Part shown: one piece after another, positions 53,101 to 64,000 of the stretch | Layout: each line of letters begins with the position of its first letter | How positions within the stretch are numbered: position 1 is the first letter of the stretch | NCBI RefSeq assembly: GCF_964204645.1 | Contig: NC_134027.1 | Coordinates: 23,274,560-23,338,559, forward strand | DNA: 64,000 nt | Direction: 5' to 3' | From: Tubulanus polymorphus | Lineage: Eukaryota; Animalia; Nemertea | Position numbers and translations under genes: made by a program | The notes under the pieces: model-generated | Database searches by the model: none | The model's input: the letters and a program-made list of their open reading frames with translations, nothing else | What the model was told of the DNA's origin: nothing

Positions 53101-54812
53101 CCGGCGAAATAAGTCCGAATTAAGGTTCGAAACGTAGATTACAGCTATTCTACTGATAATGTTCTCATAATCATAGAGTGTATTGGTTGCGAGGAAAGTA
53201 ACTGTATCAATATCAGCTACGAGCGAAAAAAAGAAAAATCATCTTTATTTCTTACCAATATTAGCTGGTTATACGGAAGCCCATTGGTGACATAACGAGA
53301 TCTAATCTTTTTCATGATTTCGACTATGATCGGGCAAAACATTTCAATGAAAATGACAGGGGCAACCCCAAAGGGAAGGGGTCCGGACCGCAGAGACCCC
53401 CCTCCCTAGATCCGCCCTTGAAGTCACGCATATTTTTCATGTTTGAAACCAGAATGCATATTTTGTAGTGATAATCTTTCAATTTCAGCTCAGAATACAT
53501 TCAGAGATTCTGTAAGTATCAATGTCATGTATTTCACCAATGGGGCACTGAATGGTCAAATTGTCGAGATTGGGATTGTCGAGCATTGCAGTGCCACTTC
53601 CTTAATGGGCACGGCATCCGTGGACCCTCGTTTGTTTTTTTTTCTTTTGTTGAAATGCCTGCATTCCATGATGTCCCACCAGGGAGTAGGTTGTTTTGAT
53701 GTTTAATGATTAAGTTATAATGTCTGTTGTTTTTGTGTAGTTAGTGAGTTCATTGTTAGATTTCCCTATAATACCAGTATCAACTGACAGACACGTATTT
53801 GTACGATTCTTAGCACTGATCTATTTCGCTGCGTCCCCGAATTGTCTAAGCATCTATCTTACCAGCGGCTTGTTGAATATTTCTAAGACGATGTTCAATA
53901 TAACATTGGATTACTCATTTCAACTATAAAAGCCGGAGCGAGAGTGAGCATAACCGACAATCCAATGTTCCGCATAGAGCAGTAACTATATTGTTCATTG
54001 TTTATGTTCAATAAACACCGCCTTCTGCGCATTGGTGTTTTTGAATTTGTGATTTTAAAAAAAAACTCTGCAATTCATCTATATTAAAAAAGCATTTACT
54101 CTACGCCTATAAGTCGTTATTCATTTAGTTTCAGCGCCTGTGGTCCTTGTCCTCCGAGGAGAGTCAACTTCATAATACAACGTACTGTTTCAGACACTTC
54201 GATGCTTTTATTTCCATTCAAACGAAGTTAACTAAAACATCACTCCCCCTCGAATAACCGCCAAAAAGCAGGAGGAACTAGAGAATTCATACCATTAGTA
54301 CTTATTTTTGATAATTCGTAATCTAATCATTTTGAGTTAATAATCCAACGTGTATAAAGATGCCCCGGTGAACGCTGACTTGAACCAATTGAATTGTCTG
54401 TATTTTTACTGAAATAGAAATACCACGTGTTTCTTTTGTTCGCGGTGTCTGATTAGCTGCCGGACTCATGGTTTGACCGAAAAATCGCTTTCTGTACGAA
54501 TACCGCATCGTTGGTTCCACACTATATTTGATCGGTCCCCTGACTGTTTATTACAAGCTGTTTTAGCAACTTATATCGCCTGCAACCTCATCCATACCTC
54601 TCGGATACGGTTCTAAAAACTCGCGTTAACGATGTCTGCCGATGGATAAGATACGTTGGAATCTACGTTTACCTCTCGAATAAAGTGAACCACGAACAAA
54701 ACTAAGGAGAAACCGATGAATTTGAATATTTAGACTTTATTCATAGCTTTTTGACGTCTCCGAAAGTTACGTACATTCGGAACAGTAGTCCATGCGTTTT
54801 AGTTGAACCCTT

Positions 54813-56049
54813 TTAACGACCAACGCTGGGACCGGTACTACAAGTACCGCTCAAGCATCTTAGCCCGTTACAACAACGTCCAGCGCTTATCCCGGTGCAT
54901 CCTGTCTCACCCTTTTGAAGGCAAGCTGAAAAATCATTTCAACCGATCATTTGTTGAACCACTGATTTAATTAAAATCTATGGTTTATACTGAGGTGGAT
55001 TATTTGCTGGAGGCAGGGAATAGTAAAAGAATTAGATAGTTTTCAGTCTGGAATATAGTCCTTTTGCCCACAATATAAATTCAACAAACAGTTAGTTATT
55101 ACTTTTGTCCTGACGTTTCCGGAGGATTACTTTCACCAAACTTCGGAGATTTAACATTTGAGATCATTCATCATTAATTATTTGATTTATTTGATTCATG
55201 CAAATCAATCTCTGAAGATGGATGTAAGTAATCCTCCCGAAACGTCAGAACAGTAAAAGAAGTCAAAATGTTAGCGATGTAGATCTGATGAAATGTGTCG
55301 AAATAGCAAATAATATTATGACGCCTTCAATTCGTAATATTCTAAACCCGAATCCATACCTATACAATATATCCTTTTTATGTCTATCACAGGCTCAACA
55401 TTGCAATAGTCGGGAAAAGTATCTTACAGAAAGGCGAAAAGATGCTTTTTGCCTCGCAAAATTTTTATTACCAAAATTATTCAGTTAAAAAAAAAAACTA
55501 AAATAATTGCCCGCAGCATGTTCGATATTACTCTCATGTCGCATTGTTGCACATTTTGAACGATCAATTTTACATTTAAAACAACTAGATATATTCCATG
55601 TAATCTGAATGTTGCCAAAGTCATCAAAATACCGGTGAAATATGATTATGATGTATAATAAACCAAACTAACGAACTGTATTACGAAAGCGTCTTGGGGA
55701 TTGATATTCGCAAAATAGAACAATTTCAGCGTTTAATCTGTGTAAGCAACTTGAATTAATTTTCTTTCGATGATTATTAGATTAAAACGATCGGAATATA
55801 CTTTTTGACTAATGTAGCTCATCCCGAGTTGCTAAATCGGAACGCATCTCCAAAATCGCGCTCTTCAGTGAGAAAAAAAACTGTCAAATCTATTCAAATT
55901 TACTAAGTCGGAATAAATCTCGAAATGCTTCTCTTGCAAATATTTCCCCAAACGAACGGGATTGTTTACTCACCATAGCCGCTCATCGCGCACATTGCCA
56001 AAACTCCCAATAACAGGATCAATCTCGCTACAGTAATCATGTTCATCAT
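54813..56049 (-). CDS. Secreted ICK/knottin-type peptide precursor, copy 4 (B type)
   Basis: Exons 56049-55974 and 54925-54813: MMNMITVARLILLLGVLAMCAMSGYA-CLQKGETGCTGISAGRCCNGLRCLSGTCSTGPSVGR*. Confidence 0.88.
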
Positions 56050-56938
56050 ATCGGTTTGCGTCTAACGTTTCTAAAAATGATGATTGTATCCTTTTCAGAA
56101 TAGTTAAGTCTCAACTAAAAGAGTAACCATTTCGAATACGAGAAGCTTGAAGTCTTGTTATCGATGTAATGGTTGTTGATACGAATACGTTTTTGTTCTT
56201 TGAATATGTGGCCGATTCGCGCCTCATTAAAAGATTTCAATCATTTTATACATTTTTACATTTTGTTTTAATCCACGTTAAAACCTATTTTGTTTTAAAG
56301 TAGTGATTTTCGTTTTAACGCCCAAGTTAAAACTAACTTTTTTATTTTTAAGCGACTTCGGGCTAGGCCTAAACCAAAAGAACAATATCATGACACTTAA
56401 TATCAACTAAGTTCTTTAGATGACAAATAGTATAAGTTTTGGCGCGGCCTAAAATCGACATAAACCACGTTAAAACGAATATTTCGTTCAAACGCCCTTC
56501 AAAGCACAGAGCGTTTGATTTTGTGAAAATGTGTCGTTCAAACGAAAAGTGAAAAAGATTGATGGGGAAATTCAGCGACATTTTTTCTCTTTTCGATGAG
56601 ACCCGAACCAGCCACCAACGTACCTAAGCCGAAATAGATATTTCAATAGACTATTGTAATGGTACCAGTTTGATAGAAAACCATTCTGAGAACCGTACCT
56701 ACCTTTTCGTTGAAAAAGAATGATGTCGACAACTTACCTCCAGCAGCAGGGTTTCCAGTTAGGGTGTTTTGCGACGCTGAATCCTGTACGTTTTATGGAA
56801 TGCGAAGAGTTCCACTTACATATCGGGTTTCGAATGTTCCAGCATTTCTGGCACAAAATCAATTTGTATGATATTTGATCAGTGACTGCGGAACAATCGC
56901 TGGTGACCAGATCGATATCGCTCACCAATTCGAATAAT

Positions 56939-57111
<173 letters not shown>

Positions 57112-60100
57112 AACCAATCCATATGGTACAGTTTTTCTTATCAGTTACGATGCCGCTAGTACCCATCGTCGTGGATACGAGTACTAAACGTTGGCCTCAA
57201 GTTTGACACCCGATGTAGGACAGGTTTTAGTTTAGGTTGCTTTTAACTACGGCTTAGTAAAAATGAATTCCAAACGATGGTATTTTTGCGATGGTTAAAA
57301 AGAATAGAAAGTGAGTTAGTTTTTTTTCGGTAGCAGTTGTGTAAAAGGAAAAAAGCTGTGTAAAAATATCTTCATATACTCCGAACACGGTTAACCTCGA
57401 TATGAAATCTACAAATATACTTTAACTCGTTGGCGATATGAAAATTCTTCTATTTTTGGCAAAAGTATACATAGTCTTTCTAACCTTGCCGCTAAATTTT
57501 CGATGAAATCAATAGCATATCCTTAAGATCTACAAATACCCCACCATTGTGTTAATGAATCAACGTTAAAAAAGCACTTATCAAATCGGGTGGTACAAAT
57601 CCAATTGAAATTGAATTCAGATTCGGTCCCCGGATTTAGGAATCCAAAACACATCAATTCAAAGTAAATTTTATTGAGCTAAGCGCCAGTAGATAATTCC
57701 GGGGACCACGTCGTGATATGTCATGTTAACGTCGCTATGCAGTCACCATATCAGGTTAGAAACGCCGAAAATAAGTCTGATTTATTTCATTTCAATTATA
57801 TTCCCTCTAATGTTTGCATATCAAGCCTAAAGACGCAATATTCGTTTAAAATCGGTTTGCAATCATTGTTTGGGTTTGAAGGAAAACCGTCCTTGTTCAT
57901 ATCGGTTTACAAACCGATTTTGACGAGCCAGTGTCTTCACACAGTCTTCACACAATCGTTAGGTGAGCGGTTTGCAACATCACAATCCGACTTTTCAAAA
58001 ATGACGAGCCTTATAGAAGTGATGCTTCTTGCTGGTAACACTGTCATCAGCCATTTTGGAATTACCCACAGTAAACTATCGCAATTTGTTTTTGCTACGC
58101 CAAACCGGCTTGGGAAGCAATAAACCGATGTTAAAACCGGTTCTACAAACCGATCTTTAAAAATGCATCCTCGATTTAAGCAGAAAACCCCTTATCGTTG
58201 CTCTGCATTATATTTTGGTTTTGTGTTCACGACACGACGGAGTATCCGGTTCGTGGGGTATCACGAATCAAAAGAAAGAAATACCAGATAAACTGCAAAT
58301 TAATTAACTACATTAAAAACGCCATTTACAGCTTCGAATGTTTCAGCACTTCTGACATTAAATCAATTTATGCTATATTTGATCAGCAACTTACTGTGGA
58401 ACAATGGTTGGCGATAAGATCGATACCACTCAACCACCAGCCGTTTAACGGACAAATGTCACCAATTCGAATAACAAAAAAGTGACCTTGGATGGTAGAT
58501 TTATCAAACCAATCGATATTGTGGAACATTTTGTCCACATATCAGTTTCTTGTCCGCTATGGATCCATCATCATTGGTATGAGTTCTTTCTAAACGATTG
58601 CCTATTGTTTGACACCCGATGTCGGACTAGTTTTAGATTGCTTTTAACTACTGCATGCAGGAGTTGAAAACTAAAACCGTGCATTGGCTGTAAAAAAACA
58701 TGCGCTGTTAAAGATTCATGACAAAACGGCTCGCATAGTGAAGGTGAATTCAAAGCGTGTTTTTGCGATGGTTTAAAAAGAAGAAGAAGCGATTAGACGA
58801 GAAGATACACAATATCCGTGTATGGTGATGGCGAGAGAAATCCCAACGAAGTACGCCTGATGATGGCTAACACTTGTTAGCCGAAACGTCACTCCTCAAA
58901 TATAATCACTCTGGTATAGAATCAATTTTCAATCTTTGCTTCGTTATTGTCATCTTCACCCGTCAAGGGATTCGAACCCACTACGCTAAAGCTGTTCCCC
59001 GAACCCCTTGACCTCACGAGTCGTTGGAGTCGTTACTAGCCGACCAGAATCCGGGCGTACCAATCACAGCGCTTGTAACAAACCGTCAGTAGACTTCCGT
59101 TGGTTTTCCCGTTAAATTGACCAATCAGCGAACGTTTTACCGAACAAGGAAGTATTTCGCAAATCGAAATATGACGTCACGCGCAACAGCGCCAGTAATG
59201 AAATCACGCTTCGTGAGGCTAGGGGGCTGGTGGAAGCGAGTTCCGGAGTGATACCGGACCCCTGGCAAGCGAGGATGCGTTATTGTGGGATTTCTCTCGT
59301 CAAGAAGAAGCGAGTTCGTTTTTTTCTTTGTCGCAGCTGTGTAAAAGGAATATCTAAAAAATATAAGTTCATATAAACCGGTTACTTCGATATGAAATCC
59401 ACACATATTTATCGAACTCTTAGCCAAACCGACATGGAAATCCTTCGATTCCAAACACTCATAGAAAATGAATGAATCTTCTATAGAAACACTGTACATG
59501 TACTTTGAAATGCACTTGATCTCAGGATTCTCACCAAACATTTATACATTCAGGAGAATTAAACATCATCTAATAATGGATAAACCTTTCTTTTTCTAAT
59601 ATCACGAATTATCAATATAACGTTGATCTGAATTTTTGTGTCGCTTTTCGCTATACCTTATTATGATTTTCAAATGAACGCGGTCGGGTGTGTGTTCAGC
59701 GTGTGTACTCGTTCCAGTGTCGTGGGGTTCTCTGAAAATAAACCTGCGGATCTGCGGAAAACAGCGGAATCGGTTGATTTCAAACATCTAGTTATTGGTG
59801 ACTTGTTCTGGCTAAATCGACTGTTATTGATCAAATAATCGGATTCTAAGAGCGCGGCGGGCTTTTACATGATTTTACATGATTTTCACTTTGCTTTCGA
59901 ATTGAGCATTCACTATAGTTTATATTGATATTCGTCGATACGGATCTAACAGATAGATGAAGCTTTAGATTTTCTATTGCGTTCACTTGTCATCGTCAGT
60001 CGTTTGTCCGTTGACGGATGAAAGTGCTTTTCATTACCGCAGTTAGATTCCGAAATGAATGAGTTTCGCATATAGAACTTCAATCATTGAATAATTTGAC

Positions 60101-62585
60101 GTTGTTCTGTCGATAATTCTGTGTACAAAAATTGATTAACAAATACATAATTATACAACGATATTGTTCTTAAGTAAGTCTTTTGGAATTCCATTGTGAT
60201 TAAGCATTCTGAATATCACATTGAATTCGAAAGTTTAGTTCTTACCGCGGTACATTAAATGTCATTGGCGTCCGTACGTTAATTTTTCACCAGGGGGCGC
60301 TGGAGGGTGCAATTGTCGAGAGTTGGATTGTCGAGCATTTCGTTACCTTTTCCAAATTTGTCTCTAGACCGAAGAATCTTTTTGATTCCATGCACTTGTT
60401 CCGGTCGAAAGTAAGTTTGTTTCTATGTTTAGGCGTTTGTTAGCGCCCTAGTGTAGTAAGTGAGGTCATCTTTAGATTTGAATGCATCCAGTGTTTTTGT
60501 TTAAATCGAAGCAAATAATTGGGAAATTCAGTTCATCCAAACAATCTCTCAACCAGTCTGAAACGGCAGGCGACTGATAGGAGTTAATGGGGTTCCGGCA
60601 ACACTACTTGTGGCAAGCGGAATTCCACCATAATCGCTAGTGTACAGTACGACGTCGACGCTGGATTTCTTCTCAAACTCAATTAAAATCTAACAATAAT
60701 TTCTCGAATTCTATGCATGATATATGAAAATCGTGGCACATATGAACTCTAAAGATTAATTAGAGTTTATTTCGATGCGTGATTTGCCCAAAATTTGGAT
60801 TGGAAGACCGAAAATTGAGATCAAAATTACTTGAAATTAAACTAATTTTGATCGTGTGCGTCTGATATCTCAGTGGCGATATCTGACGTGATAGTTGAAG
60901 TATCTCGTATCATAAACCATTTGATTTTTGAATGTTTCAAGTACATACCACCATTACGTTAAATGATAAAGGTTTTGAACCTGCGCCTAACGCGGATAAA
61001 CTGAGACCGGCGAAATACGTCCGAATTAAGGTTCGAAACATAGATTACAGCTATTCTACTGGTAATGTTCTCATAATCATAGAGTGTATTGGTTGCGAGG
61101 AAAGTAACTGTATCAATATCAGCTACGAGCGAAAAAAATAAAAATCATCTTACCAATATTAGCTGGTTATACGGAAGCCCATTGGTGACATAACGAGATC
61201 TAATCTTTTTCATGATTTCGACTATGATCGAGCAAAATATTTCGATGAAAATGACAGGGGCAACCCCAAAGGGAAGGGGTCCGGACCCCCCCCCCCCCTC
61301 GCTAGATCCGCCCTTGAAGTCAGGCATATTTTTCATGTTTGAAACCAGAATGCATATTTTGTAGTGATAATCTTTCAATTTCAGCTCAGAATATCTTCAG
61401 AGATTCTGTTAGTATCAATGTCGTGTAAGTATCAATTCCATGATGTCCCACCAGGGAGTAGGTTGTTTTGATGTTTAATGATTAAGTTATAATGTCTGTT
61501 GTTTTTGTGTAGTTAGTGAGTTCATTGTTAGATTTCCCTATAATACCAGTATCAACTGACAGACACGTATTTGTACGATACTTAGCACTGATCTATTTCG
61601 CTGCGTCCCCGAATTGTCTAAGCATCTATCTTACCAGCGGCTTGTTGAATATTTCTAAGACAATGTTCAATATAACATTGGATTACTCATTTCAACTATA
61701 AAAGTCGGAGCGAGAGTGAGCATAACCGACAATCCAATGTTCCGCATAGAGCAGTAACTATATTGTTCATTGTTTATGTTCAATAAACACCGCCTTCTGC
61801 GCATTGGTGTTTTTGAATTTGTGATTTAAAAAAAACTCTGCAATTTATCTATATCAAAAAGCATTTACTCTACGCCTATAAGTCGTTATTCATTTAGTTT
61901 CAGCGCCTGTGGTCCTTGTCCTCCGAGGAGAGTCAACTTCATAATACAACGTACTGTTTCAGACACTTCGATGCTTTTATTTCCATTCAAACGAAGTTAA
62001 CTAAAACATCACTCCCCCTCGAATAACAGCCAAAAAGCAGGAGGAACTAGAGAATTCATACCATTAGTACTTATTTCTATTATTCGTAATCTAATCATAT
62101 TGAGTTAATAATCCAACGTGTATAAAGATGCCCCGTTGAACGCTGACTTGAACCAGTCGAATTGTCTGTATTTTTACTGAAATAGAAATACCACGTGTTT
62201 CTTTTGTTCACGGTGTCTGATTAGCTGCCGGACTCATGGTTTGTCCGAAAAATCGCTTTCTGTACGAATACCGCATCGTTGGTTCCACACTATATTTGAT
62301 CGGTCCCCTGACTGTTTATTACAAGCTGTTTTAGCAACTTATATCGCCTGCAATCTCATCCATACCTCTCGGATACGGTTCTAAAAACTCGCGTTAACGA
62401 TGTCTACCGATGGATAAGATACGTTAAGTTGGAATCTACGTTTACTTCTCGAATAAAGTGAACCACGAACAAAACTAAGGAAAAACCGATGAATTTGAAT
62501 ATATAGACTTTATTCATAGCTTTTTGACGTCTCCGAAAGTTACGTACATTCGGAACAGTAGTCCATGCGTTTTAGTTGAACCCGT

Positions 62586-62617
62586 TTAACGACCAACACA
62601 AGTACCGCTCAAGCATC
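62586..62617 (-). pseudogene. Knottin copy 5, mature exon interrupted
   Basis: Only ...CLSGTCVGR* remains (15-nt in-frame tail deletion relative to copy 4); similarity to the exon stops at 62617, where a palindrome begins. Confidence 0.78.
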
Positions 62618-63020
62618 AGTAATAGGGATAATGGGCTTTCAGGCCAAAGGTCGAACGGTCGAGCTCATTAAAAAACAAATATTAAAAGTAATTAAAAACT
62701 ATAATATATTTTCATAACCGCGTGCATTTTATATCAAAACTAAATATTTATTCTAAGATATCAATAATTTTAAATGCATATTGTATTAAATCAATTGGTC
62801 GCTCCGCTTCGCTACCGCTCCGCTCCGCGACCAATTGATTTATTTACAATACACAAATTCATATAATCAAATATATTCAAATGATAATAATTATTCTATT
62901 GTTCAACTGAAATACACGCGGTTATGAAAATATATTATAGTTTTTAATTACTTTTAATATTTATTTTTAATAAACTCGACCATTAAACCTTTAACCAGAA
63001 AGCCCATTATCCCTATTACT
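62618..63020. mobile_element. 403-bp imperfect palindrome (insertion, or terminus of a larger element)
   Basis: agtaatagggataatgggctttc ... gaaagcccattatccctattact; central hairpin aatcaattggtcgc...gcgaccaattgatt. Confidence 0.75.
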
Positions 63021-64000
63021 CTTAAAATATTCATATATATGAATAACATTTAAATCATTGAACTTCTAAAATCAATTTTAATAAAAAATTTAGTACTAAA
63101 ATGGAAGCAAATAAATACTACTGCCCAACATATAATATCGATATAGATAAATCCCAAAAAGCAAGACACAATAAAACAATAACACATTTGTTTTTAGTCC
63201 AGTTGGTTAAAGCAAAGACATTTATCGAATTATAGAACTCAACACATAATGAAAAATATGTTGAATCGTTATAAACACCTGATAATACTCAGCTATATAG
63301 TTGGTTGTATTAGCTCTAGTAAACATATGTTACCAGCTTATATTTCAATTGTAAAGAGTTAATTAATTTCATTGATCTAAATGCTTTTATTATTGATTTT
63401 TTTTTCAACTATATTTACAAGTCTCAACGCGTTGTGTATACAGCGGAGGTTAGCGAATCACAAATCTCATAATTTACAAATCTCAACGCGTTGTGTATTA
63501 TACATCATACGGCGGATGTTAGCGAATCACAAATCTCATAATTTACAAGTCTCAACGTGTTTTTTAGATGTTTCTGGACAATTAAGCTCTAACCAATCAA
63601 AAGTCTCATAATTCGCAAGTCTCAACACACTTGTTCTAGATGTTTCTGAGCATAGAATAGTATAAATAGGCGCGCACATCAGACGCTTGACAGTCTACGG
63701 GTGAAAAGCAATTAGTTGCGTATACACACACAGAACGAAATACCAGCATATATCGATCGCTTTTCAACGGATATAGTCTCATAAACATTGTGTCATAACC
63801 AGGATATAGTATCATAAACGTTGCGTCATAACCAGGATATTCTCATAAACGCTGTATCATAACAGTCTCATAAACACCGCATTGATCTAATTAATGAACA
63901 ATACGTTGAGGAATTTGATATCAAGGATCTGATGTTTATACTAGAAAATGATTCTATTTGAGCCTATATACATTCAATGTACAGAGCTATAGAATAAATC

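Overview
Eukaryotic, intron-rich DNA that looks like an invertebrate animal (inferred); the species cannot be fixed from the sequence. Left half: the 3' part of a CPED1 orthologue (+). Its introns hold two tRNA-Ala(CGC) genes, foldback/MITE elements, and a very young Ty3/gypsy LTR element (618-bp LTRs, CTAT target duplication) with gag-PR-RT-RNaseH but no integrase. A third, variant tRNA-Ala copy lies upstream. Next come an 8-exon minus-strand gene fusing a Death-like domain to an RPGRIP1/RPGRIP1L-type C-terminal C2 domain, and a 3-exon secreted PAN/apple + probable LamG-like protein. Right half (32.7-62.6 kb): a tandem array of 6.2-7.9 kb units (A-B-A-B-partial). Each unit carries a small spliced minus-strand gene that the ORF track misses entirely: a signal-peptide exon plus an exon for a 34-36 aa C-C-CC-C-C (inhibitor cystine knot-type) peptide ending in a G-R amidation signal. 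Four copies are intact and differ almost only by non-synonymous changes in the mature exon; the fifth is broken by a palindromic insertion. All gene models and domain calls were made by eye; no searches were run.
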